64,000 nucleotides of DNA from Candidatus Multivoradales bacterium (GTDB lineage: Bacteria > Acidobacteriota > Thermoanaerobaculia > Multivoradales > Multivoraceae): NCBI GenBank assembly GCA_965223325.1, contig CBDCWI010000002.1, positions 2,976,001 to 3,040,000 of the forward strand. The letters run 5' to 3'. A program made the translations under genes and the position numbers. How positions within the stretch are numbered: the first letter of the stretch is position 1; every line of letters starts with the position of its first letter. The notes beneath the pieces are model-generated. The model did no database searches, was not told where the DNA came from, and saw nothing but the letters and a program-made list of their open reading frames with translations. Of the stretch, positions 29,262-38,539 are shown piece by piece.

Positions 29262-30064
29262 CGCTCCTGGCAGGCCTCGAGCTCGCCTTCGAGTTCCTTG
29301 ATGCGCGCCTCGAGCGCCGCCAGTCGACCTTCGAAGGTCGACCAGTCGAACGACTTGAGGCTCTGGACCTGGACTTCCAGCTCCGGACCCTCGAGCAGCT
29401 CCCGCACACCATCGAGGGCGAGGCCCAACTCGCCGACGATTTCTTCGTCAGATTCGTAGAACGAGCCGCTCGACGAACCACCACGGACGAAGACCCGCTT
29501 GGCTTCTCGATGCTCGACGACGACCTCGAGCCGCTGTTCTCTACCGTTACGAATGACGGTCATTGGCAGCGCGTGACCCGCTTCTTCGCCGCGCACCATC
29601 ATCGCCACCTGCATCTGGCTCGCCACCGGATCGCCGGCCACCTCGACGATGACGTCGCCGACTTCGACTCCGGCGACTTCAGCCGGTCCGCCGGCCACGA
29701 CTTCAGCAACCAGGACGCCGCGATCTTCGGCGGCACCGAAGTACTCACGCAGCTCCGGCGAAAGACCCGTCATGCGAACGCCGATCCAGCCCAGGCCTTT
29801 GGCCGGGTCGAGCACCACGGTCCGGTGACCGTCGGCATCGAAAATGATTGGCGTGCCATCGCCAGAGCTGTGCCAACGCATGACCTTGCCATCCTCGCCG
29901 ACGACGACCGCCTGCATCTCGACGCGCTCACCCGAGACTCTCTTTTCCTTTCGAACGCGTTGCTCTTCTTGCGCCCCGGCCTCACTGGTCGCAATAGCCG
30001 CGACGAGGGCGGCCTGAAGGACGGTGGCTAGAAGCACACGCCTCTCTAGCTGCTTGGTGTTCAC
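29258..30064 (-). CDS. Secreted PDZ-domain protein
   Basis: Signal peptide; GWIGVRM...GVLVAEV...GPAEVAGVEVGDVIVEVAG. Confidence 0.88.
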   Translation of the reverse strand: MNTKQLERRVLLATVLQAALVAAIATSEAGAQEEQRVRKEKRVSGERVEMQAVVVGEDGKVMRWHSSGDGTPIIFDADGHRTVVLDPAKGLGWIGVRMTGLSPELREYFGAAEDRGVLVAEVVAGGPAEVAGVEVGDVIVEVAGDPVASQMQVAMMVRGEEAGHALPMTVIRNGREQRLEVVVEHREAKRVFVRGGSSSGSFYESDEEIVGELGLALDGVRELLEGPELEVQVQSLKSFDWSTFEGRLAALEARIKELEGELEACQER

Positions 30065-30660
30065 GGCACGTTCCCCCTCGCGCCTGCAAGAGCGTTGTCG
30101 TCGAGCTGGACCCAGTAGTCGACGCCGTCGTCTACCGGAACGACGAGGATCGGTGAACGACCGTCTCGTTGGCTCTCGATCAAGGCGCGTAGGGTCTCGA
30201 GCTCATGGCGCAGTGCGGCCGCCTCGGAGCCGGCAGCCACCAGGCGCCCCTCTAGCGCTGGACTGGAGTAGGAGCCGCCAGACGTTGAGCGGCGATCGAT
30301 TGGCGTACCGACGCGCATCACCGGGGGGTTAGCATCGACACGTTGCGGTGCGCTGGGATCGACCGGGTCACTGGCTCCCGATGCCACCACGGTTTCCGAG
30401 CTCGGCGCTCTACCGTCCTGGTCCCTGCTCAAGACGCCCAGAAAGAGCGCCACCGCGGAAATACCGGCAACGGCCAGGGCCGTGCGCACGGGTTGCGGGC
30501 CGAAGACCAGGCGTGCCAGGCGGAACCAGCGCGGGTCGGGGCGTTCGACCTCCGCTAGACGATCCATCACCCGCTCCGTGAAGTCGTCGCTGGCGCGCAC
30601 GGGCTCGAGGGCGCGGAGTCGGCGTTCGACCTCTTCGGTCGAAAGTCGTCGCGAAGTCAT
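30061..30660 (-). CDS. Putative membrane-anchored anti-sigma factor
   Basis: Overlaps the ECF sigma stop; DDFTERVM segment then one TM helix. Confidence 0.65.
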   Translation of the reverse strand: MTSRRLSTEEVERRLRALEPVRASDDFTERVMDRLAEVERPDPRWFRLARLVFGPQPVRTALAVAGISAVALFLGVLSRDQDGRAPSSETVVASGASDPVDPSAPQRVDANPPVMRVGTPIDRRSTSGGSYSSPALEGRLVAAGSEAAALRHELETLRALIESQRDGRSPILVVPVDDGVDYWVQLDDNALAGARGNVP

Positions 30661-31337
30661 GACTTGCTTTCCTCCCAGTAGCTCTCGAGGAGGTCGCGAA
30701 GCCTCCCCTTGGCTCTATTGATTCTCGACTTGACGGTGCCTTCACGGCATTCAAGAAACTCTGCGATCTGACGGTAAGACCAGCCTTCGATCTCTCGCAG
30801 GACGAGCGGTGCTCGGTAGCGCATGGGAAGATCCGCGATCGCGGCGGCGGTGCGTCGGCTGGCTTCGCTCGAGAGCAAGTCACCCTGCGGTGACGGAACG
30901 TGGGGCCCCTGCGACGCGACATAGGTTGGCCGAAGTTCGCGCCAGCGCTTCGAGCGCCGCTCGTCCGAACGCAGCAGGTTGGTGGCGATGCGAAAGAGAT
31001 AGCCGGCGAACTGCCCCTTCTCTTCGTAGCGCTCGGCCACTTTCCAGATGCGCACGAAGGTCTCCTGGGCGTACTCCTCGGCGCGATCGCGGTCGCGGCA
31101 CAGGCGCGTCATGTAGTTGACCAGCGCATGGCGATAGCGGTCGACGAGCACTCGGAACGCTTCGTCGTCACCGGCCTTCACAAGCTCCATCAAGCGACCG
31201 TCGGGCTGGTTCTCGAGAGGCGCATCGGGCGCGACGACTGCGTCGAACGCATCTTGGGCTCCGTTCTTCGCACCGAGTTGCGGCCGCCGCAGCGATGGCA
31301 GTCTCACTCCTCCCTCCAAAGTCTGTGAGCTATTCAT
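30657..31337 (-). CDS. ECF-family RNA polymerase sigma factor
   Basis: AEEYAQETFVRIW, YLFRIATN, LREIEGWSYRQIAEFL...GTVKSRINRAK; start uncertain. Confidence 0.93.
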   Translation of the reverse strand: MNSSQTLEGGVRLPSLRRPQLGAKNGAQDAFDAVVAPDAPLENQPDGRLMELVKAGDDEAFRVLVDRYRHALVNYMTRLCRDRDRAEEYAQETFVRIWKVAERYEEKGQFAGYLFRIATNLLRSDERRSKRWRELRPTYVASQGPHVPSPQGDLLSSEASRRTAAAIADLPMRYRAPLVLREIEGWSYRQIAEFLECREGTVKSRINRAKGRLRDLLESYWEESKS

Positions 31338-31466
31338 TCGAAAACTTCCTCGAACACTCGGGCCCAGTACCCTACGATGTTGCGGCAAACCAGGCGCCCT
31401 GGGCAATCGGGGATCCGGCCGGGGCCGCCGGACCTCTATAGCCACTGGCGTCTACCCCCGGGTTTT

Positions 31467-31492
31467 CAACGTCTGCGGCTCCAAAAGGTTCC
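31467..31492 (-). promoter_or_regulatory. Putative ECF (autoregulatory) promoter
   Basis: Minus strand GGAACC-N15-CGTTG upstream of the ECF sigma operon. Confidence 0.5.
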
Positions 31493-31537
31493 CCGACAGG
31501 CCTCTGAGGCCAGGAATCGCAGCCTTCAGCGAGGCTC

Positions 31538-31704
31538 CTAGTACCCCGTACCATTGAAACGGATAGTGGCTGAGCGGATGATCGTGCTCGAGATCAAGGC
31601 GTCACGACAGAGGCATATTGGTGATCTGTCGAGGAGTGACAACACAGAGATCGAGCGCGAGGACCGCGCAAACGCTGTGCGTTTCCAATGGTACGGGGTA
31701 CTAG
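31538..31704. mobile_element. 167-bp palindromic MITE-like element, copy 2
   Basis: Same terminal repeats; differs from copy 1 by 5 substitutions and 1 indel (manual alignment); right end contains the TAG stop of the acyltransferase gene. Confidence 0.85.
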
Positions 31705-33065
31705 TAGCGATCGACCAGTTCGGCGAGGCAGGCCTCGAGGCGCCGGTAGGCCGCCCGAACCTCGCGCCGCGAGGATCCCAGGCGCAAGAGAACGAACGCC
31801 CGCACCCTCCGCCATAGCTCGCGACTCCGCTCCCATGCCCGAAGCGCCACCCACCCGGAGGCAAGAGCGACGAGAAAGAAAACCGGAAACAGCCACGGGT
31901 TCTTCCACCACCAGGCGAGCAATGCCGCTTCCAGGCTCCAGAACAACGGAAAAACGACCAGCGAACTGTAGATCTTGTAGGTCGCGGCGAGATGGTGGTC
32001 GCCCGAGCGCCGCGCGACCGCCGCCGGCAGCGGATAGGGCAGGAGGTTGAAAAGCAGACCGACAATTGCCACCGGAAACAAAACACCGAGGATCAGCAAG
32101 TTCTGCAGAATCCAACGCGCCGATGCCAACAGCCGATAACGCGCGGTGACCACGTCGTGCGACAGGCCATGCTCATCGAGCGCCTCAGAGTAGTCGTCGA
32201 GGGCTGACACCACGGCCTCTGTCTCTTTCGGTGTCTGCTCGAGGAGGCGTGGGTAGAGATCGTCGAGCGCCCGCTCGAGTGCAAACCGCTCTTTCAGATC
32301 GTCATCGTCGCTGTAGTGATCGGCCTCCAGGAGGCCCGCAGTGAGCGCCATCAGCTTCTGACGCGCTGGCCCCTCGTCCTCGAGTACCGATGCAGCCTGC
32401 CGGAAGCGGGCCGCGGTACGCCAGGTCGGGTAGTTGAGCGTGAGGTCCCGCAGTGAGTCATCGAGGCGCTGGTTGAGGCCATAGACCACCTCCGCGGCGG
32501 TCGAGGGTTCTTCGCCCGGTCGCACTGCCGGCATGGACTCGCCAACCACCAAGAGGACGCGCGACCGGAAACTGTACTTGTCGTCAAACAGAATCCCCAC
32601 CGGCTGGAGCCGCACCGCGAGCGGGCCGAACCGTTCTTCGGCACCGAGAACGATGCGTGCCGCGCCGGTTCGCAGTGGCTGGAGCTCCGGCTCGTCGTGG
32701 CTGATGCCCTCCGGAAAGAGCGCGACGACTTCCCCCTTCGCCAGTGCCTGACGGCAGGCGTCGAGGGTCTCTTCGTTGCGACCGGTGTCTTCACCGTCGA
32801 TCCGTCGATAGGCCGGCAGGACCCCGGCAAGATCGAGCAGCCAGGCGAGGTGCGGCAGATCCCAGAGCGTGCTCTTGCCGAGCATGTGCGGCGGACGCGG
32901 AAGGAGCGCCCACAGGAGGAGCGGATCGACCAGACCGTTGATGTGGTTCGCGACCGTAACCACCGGCCCGCTCTGTACCAGACGGTGGCGACCGATGACT
33001 TCGACTTCACGAAAGAAGAAGGCCACCATCAGCCGAGCCACACGCTGCAGAAGTCGGGGCACCAT
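31701..33065 (-). CDS. Phospholipid/glycerol acyltransferase family protein
   Basis: NHINGLVD (HX4D), FPEGIS, LRTGAARI; C-terminal TM helices. Confidence 0.9.
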   Translation of the reverse strand: MVPRLLQRVARLMVAFFFREVEVIGRHRLVQSGPVVTVANHINGLVDPLLLWALLPRPPHMLGKSTLWDLPHLAWLLDLAGVLPAYRRIDGEDTGRNEETLDACRQALAKGEVVALFPEGISHDEPELQPLRTGAARIVLGAEERFGPLAVRLQPVGILFDDKYSFRSRVLLVVGESMPAVRPGEEPSTAAEVVYGLNQRLDDSLRDLTLNYPTWRTAARFRQAASVLEDEGPARQKLMALTAGLLEADHYSDDDDLKERFALERALDDLYPRLLEQTPKETEAVVSALDDYSEALDEHGLSHDVVTARYRLLASARWILQNLLILGVLFPVAIVGLLFNLLPYPLPAAVARRSGDHHLAATYKIYSSLVVFPLFWSLEAALLAWWWKNPWLFPVFFLVALASGWVALRAWERSRELWRRVRAFVLLRLGSSRREVRAAYRRLEACLAELVDRY

Positions 33066-33138
33066 CGCCGCACGAGTCTGACCGATGGCTGCCCACCGGG
33101 ACAATCCGTCGTTCGAGCGCTCGACGAGGCCCGCGATC

Positions 33139-33867
33139 CTAGAAGCTCAGACCCACGCTCACCCCGCCCCAGAAGTCCACTGGCTGTTCGACCAGCACAT
33201 CGTCGTCGAGCGAATCCGAGTAGGCAACGAGCGTTCCGAAGCGCCACCGCTCCCCCCCGTAATCGAACGCCAGGCTGAGATTGCCGTCGTGGAGGCCCGC
33301 GTCGAGACCGCCGGAGAACCCCGCAAACTTCTCGCCGGCCAGCCCCGCCGTCGCCGCCAGAGTCCACGACCAGGTTGGCGAGAGATCGCCGCCGTACTCG
33401 ACTCCAAAGTTGGCGTAGTAGTCGTCGATGACTTCGAAGTCGTAGTAGACGGTTACAGTCGGTGAAAGAAGTGTCTCGAGGCCCAGCGTCAGGTAGACCT
33501 CACGGGTGCTGGCGCCGAACCCACCCGGAAAGAGATACTCGATGAAGCCCAGTTCCCAGTTCAGGGTGTCGTTGCCAGAGCCGTAGGCGAGGATGAAATC
33601 GACCTCGTTGAATTCTCCCGAGTACCCGTTGGCATCGCCCAGATCCATGTTGCCCCACACCGAAAGGGAAAAGCCGCCCGCATGGGCCACCGTGATCACG
33701 GGTTGCAGGACTGGGTCGTCGGTCACCGTAACGCCGCGCAGAACGTAGTGTGAAAAGACCGAGGCGTCATAGCTCACCTCGACGCCCTCGGCAGACATGG
33801 AAGGCGCGGCAAACAAGAGGCTGAAGACGAGAGCTGCTGCTGCAGCGGCGACGCGGTGAAGAGACAT
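33139..33867 (-). CDS. Outer-membrane beta-barrel, TorF/MipA-like putative porin
   Basis: Signal peptide; SHYVLRGVT..DDPVLQP, WGNMD, EVDF; C-terminal Phe (VSVGLSF). Confidence 0.8.
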   Translation of the reverse strand: MSLHRVAAAAAALVFSLLFAAPSMSAEGVEVSYDASVFSHYVLRGVTVTDDPVLQPVITVAHAGGFSLSVWGNMDLGDANGYSGEFNEVDFILAYGSGNDTLNWELGFIEYLFPGGFGASTREVYLTLGLETLLSPTVTVYYDFEVIDDYYANFGVEYGGDLSPTWSWTLAATAGLAGEKFAGFSGGLDAGLHDGNLSLAFDYGGERWRFGTLVAYSDSLDDDVLVEQPVDFWGGVSVGLSF

Positions 33868-33913
33868 CGAACACTCCGGGGTCATGAGTTGGGAGATCGC
33901 TACCCAGCACTTC

Positions 33914-33928
33914 GCAAGGTCGATGCCA
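33914..33928 (-). promoter_or_regulatory. Sigma54 -24/-12 promoter of the porin gene
   Basis: Minus strand TGGCAT-CGACC-TTGC. Confidence 0.8.
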
Positions 33929-33993
33929 CCTTTGCTTCCACCCTGAGTCCGCACCGACGGTGGGCCTCATCAAACGGCCCTACGTCGACCCGA

Positions 33994-34039
33994 CCACGAA
34001 ATCGTCACTCGTACCGCGACCCCTTCGACGAATCTGTCG
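33994..34039. promoter_or_regulatory. Putative activator sites upstream of the porin promoter
   Basis: CGACGAATCTGTCG (34026-34039) and degenerate CCACGAAATCGTCA (33994-34007). Confidence 0.6.
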
Positions 34040-34061
34040 GGCAAGGTGATCTGTCAGGGGC

Positions 34062-35627
34062 TTAGGAGTAACGACGCGGGTCGACGCCGTGGTTCTTCAC
34101 CTTGTAGCTGATGATGCGCTGAGTCGTACCGAGGGCACGAGCAGCAGCAGCCATGTTGCCGCGGGTGCTCTTTAGCGCATCACAGATCAAGTCGCGCTCG
34201 TAGGCATCGACGCGCGACTTGAGATCGCCGCGGTTGGTGGTTCCCGAGGCTTCGGCCGTCTGTAGTGTGGGTGGTAGGTGGTAGGGGTGAATCACGTCAC
34301 CTTCGGCAACCAGCACCGCCCGCTCGATGCAACTCTCGAGCTCGCGCACGTTGCCGGGCCAGTGGTAGGCCATCAGCATGTCGATGACGCCGCTCGAAAG
34401 GCGCCGCACGTTCTTCTTGTTGGCGCTGGCATAGCGCTCGAGGAAGAAGTCGGCCAACAGCACGATGTCGCTCTTGCGCTTCTTGAGTGCCGGCACATGT
34501 AACGGAAAGACGTTCAACCGGTAGAAGAGGTCTTCTCGGAAGGTGCCTTGCTCGACCAGGGTCGGCAGGTCGCGGTTGGTGGCAGCGACCAGACGTACGT
34601 CGACTTTGATGGTCTTCGAGCCTCCGATGCGTTCGAACTCGCGCTCCTGGAGGACCCGCAGCAGCTTGATCTGAATCGTCGGCGGAATGTCGCCGATCTC
34701 ATCGAGAAAGAGCGTGCCTCGGTGCGCCAACTCGAAGCGACCCTTGCGCTCAGAAACTGCACCTGTAAAGGCGCCACGATCGTGGCCGAAGAGCTCACTT
34801 TCGATGACGTTCTCCGGCAACGCGGCACAGTGGACCTTGACGAAGGGCTGGTCGGCGCGATCCGAGTTGTAGTGGATCGCCTGCGCAACGAGCTCTTTGC
34901 CGGTCCCGGTATCGCCGAGCACCAGCACGCTCGCGGTGCTCTTGGAAACGGCGGCAATCTGGTCGTAGACCTCTTGCATCTCGTGCGAGTTGCCAACGAT
35001 GTTCGACGGCCGAAAGCGGTCTTTGAGCTGCGCTCGTAGGCGTTGGTTCTCGACCTCCAGACGCTCGGTCTCCTCCGCCGCCTCACGACGCAACCGCGCC
35101 GCCTGCGCGACCATCGATCCCACGATGGTCAACAAGCGAACGTCTTCGTCGAGATCATGGTGAGGGTCGTAGCGCCTGTCGACCGACAGGGCGCCGAAGA
35201 CCTCTTCTCCGGCGAGAATCGGGACGCACAAAAACGACGTCTCGGCGCTGCGCCCGCGGCGCGAGCGGTCCAGGAAGATGGGCGACTCGCTGGTCTTGGG
35301 AATGACCGCTGGTTCGCCAGTCTCGACGACCTTGCCGGTGACGCCTTCGCCGAGCCGGTAGGAGACCCGGCCGACGTCGTCGAGACCATGCGAGACGTCG
35401 ACCGAGATGTCGCCGGTCTCACGATTGAGCAGGGTGACGGTGCCGTGTTCGAGGCCGAGGTGCTCGGCGAGCGCCTCGAGGACTGGCGGCACGACCTGCT
35501 GCAGGTCAAGCGACCGGTCGAGCATGCGCGCCACCTGGTTGAGAAGCCGCAGCTCCTGAATCGAACGCCCGCCCTCGCGCTGTGCACTCTCTTCGGGGTG
35601 GGGTTTGTCCGGTTGCGCCTGATGCAT
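34062..35627 (-). CDS. Sigma54 enhancer-binding protein, NifA/AnfA-like (GAF-AAA+-HTH)
   Basis: GAF YRLGEGVTGKV...SFLCVPI; GDTGTGKE; ESELFGHDRGAFTGA; FLDEIGD; WPGNVREL; Fis-type HTH. Confidence 0.93.
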   Translation of the reverse strand: MHQAQPDKPHPEESAQREGGRSIQELRLLNQVARMLDRSLDLQQVVPPVLEALAEHLGLEHGTVTLLNRETGDISVDVSHGLDDVGRVSYRLGEGVTGKVVETGEPAVIPKTSESPIFLDRSRRGRSAETSFLCVPILAGEEVFGALSVDRRYDPHHDLDEDVRLLTIVGSMVAQAARLRREAAEETERLEVENQRLRAQLKDRFRPSNIVGNSHEMQEVYDQIAAVSKSTASVLVLGDTGTGKELVAQAIHYNSDRADQPFVKVHCAALPENVIESELFGHDRGAFTGAVSERKGRFELAHRGTLFLDEIGDIPPTIQIKLLRVLQEREFERIGGSKTIKVDVRLVAATNRDLPTLVEQGTFREDLFYRLNVFPLHVPALKKRKSDIVLLADFFLERYASANKKNVRRLSSGVIDMLMAYHWPGNVRELESCIERAVLVAEGDVIHPYHLPPTLQTAEASGTTNRGDLKSRVDAYERDLICDALKSTRGNMAAAARALGTTQRIISYKVKNHGVDPRRYS

Positions 35628-35712
35628 GGTTCTCGGCGGTTTGCGCGCTTGGCGCACTGTCAAGGAAAGGCCTGGGCGGCGGGCTCTGCCACCGCCCAGG
35701 AGTAGCGACTCT

Positions 35713-37125
<1,413 letters not shown>

Positions 37126-37259
37126 ATGTTGGGTTCCCTCCCAGGAATTCAGGCGACGCGGCGCAGAACCTCCAGAACCCGGCCGCCGGTCGGCTGGAGC
37201 GCTCTGCGGTTCTACACACTTGCGACGGTTTTGTCGTCAATATTCAGTCGCTTCGAAGA

Positions 37260-37274
37260 GCAACTGGCGTGCCA
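37260..37274 (-). promoter_or_regulatory. Sigma54 -24/-12 promoter of glnA
   Basis: Minus strand TGGCAC-GCCAG-TTGC, a perfect consensus match. Confidence 0.88.
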
Positions 37275-37355
37275 CCTGAGCCCAAGGCCCCTGGAGGCGT
37301 CCCAAAGCTCCCGGTTCACATGAGTTCCCGGGACCGAGCGACCGCCCGGCGATGA

Positions 37356-37517
37356 CGCCGACAATGTCGAGAGGTTGTCGTGATTCTACAAAAATGTCGA
37401 GGGGTCGCAGACTCGCTCCGACCTTCCCGAGATCGACACGTAGCCCTTACTCCTGCAAGCACTTAGGAAGAGTCGACAAAACTGTAGGGCGCCCAGCTCG
37501 TTTCGACGAAATTGTCG
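37356..37517. promoter_or_regulatory. Four palindromic putative activator sites upstream of the glnA promoter
   Basis: CGCCGACAATGTCG 37356, CTACAAAAATGTCG 37386, CGACAAAACTGTAG 37474, CGACGAAATTGTCG 37504; two pairs, each 30 bp apart. Confidence 0.7.
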
Positions 37518-37570
37518 ATCAGGTCTCGATGGAGCGCCCACCGCCTCGTCACGCTCTCGTAGCTTTTGGG

Positions 37571-38533
37571 TCAGAGCCCGTAGTAGTCGCGAAACCAGTC
37601 GACGAAGCGCGGAATCCCGACGTCGATGTGGGTCGTGGGTGCGTAGTCGAGCATCTTGCCGGCATGCTCGAGATCCGATGCCGTCTGACGGACGTCACCG
37701 GGTTGCATGGGCAGGAACTCTTTCTCGGCCTCGGCACCGACGGCCTTCTCAATGCAACCGATGAAGTCCATCAACTCCTCGGTCTTGCCGCCGCCGAGGT
37801 TGATGACCGTCGACTGGTGGTTGCGGTCGATCGCGGCGACGACCCCGGTCACGATGTCGTCGATGTAGGTGAAGTCACGACGCATCTTGCCGTGACCGAA
37901 GACCTTGATCGGCTCACCGCGGAGAATGGCGTCGGTGAACAAGAAGAGAGCCATGTCAGGCCGGCCCCAGGGTCCATAGACGGTAAAGAAGCGCAGGCCC
38001 GTGGTGGGCAGACCGTGGAGGTGGCTGTAGACCGAAGCCTGGAGCTCGTTGGCCTTCTTGGTCATCCCGTAGAGGGACACCTGGGCATCTGTGTTGCTCT
38101 TTTCGCTGAGCAAGGCGTCGGCATTGTCGCCATAGACCGAGCTGCTCGAGGCGTAGATGAGGCCCCCGACGCCGCGCTGGTGGCACTGCTCGATGATCAG
38201 ATGAAACCCCTGGAGGTTGTCGCGCACAAAGGTGTCGGGATTGCGCAACGAGTGGCGTACTCCGGCCTGGGCCGCGAGATGACACACCCGAGTCTCCGGC
38301 CCGCTACCGAGCGCCTCGAAGGCCTCGCCCAAAACTGCGGGATCGGTGATTGCCCCACGGATCATCTCCAGACCGGCGTGCTGGGCCAGAATCTCGAAGC
38401 GTCGCTCTTTGAGCTTCGGGTCGTAGTAGTCGTTGAAGTTGTCGAGGCCGACGACCGAATCGCCGCGCTCGAGCAACCGCTGTGCGGTATGGAACCCAAT
38501 GAACCCGGCCGCGCCGGTAACCAACACCTTCAT
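37571..38533 (-). CDS. NAD-dependent epimerase (UDP-glucuronate 4-epimerase-like)
   Basis: GAAGFIG, HLAAQAGVR, ASSSSVYG, YGMTK, RFFTVYGPWGRPDMA. Confidence 0.93.
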   Translation of the reverse strand: MKVLVTGAAGFIGFHTAQRLLERGDSVVGLDNFNDYYDPKLKERRFEILAQHAGLEMIRGAITDPAVLGEAFEALGSGPETRVCHLAAQAGVRHSLRNPDTFVRDNLQGFHLIIEQCHQRGVGGLIYASSSSVYGDNADALLSEKSNTDAQVSLYGMTKKANELQASVYSHLHGLPTTGLRFFTVYGPWGRPDMALFLFTDAILRGEPIKVFGHGKMRRDFTYIDDIVTGVVAAIDRNHQSTVINLGGGKTEELMDFIGCIEKAVGAEAEKEFLPMQPGDVRQTASDLEHAGKMLDYAPTTHIDVGIPRFVDWFRDYYGL

Positions 38534-38539
38534 CGCTCT

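Noticed and set aside
34062-35627. Evidence for nitrogen fixation (true nifA)
   Set aside because: No nif genes in the window and no TGT-N10-ACA site recognised at the adjacent promoters
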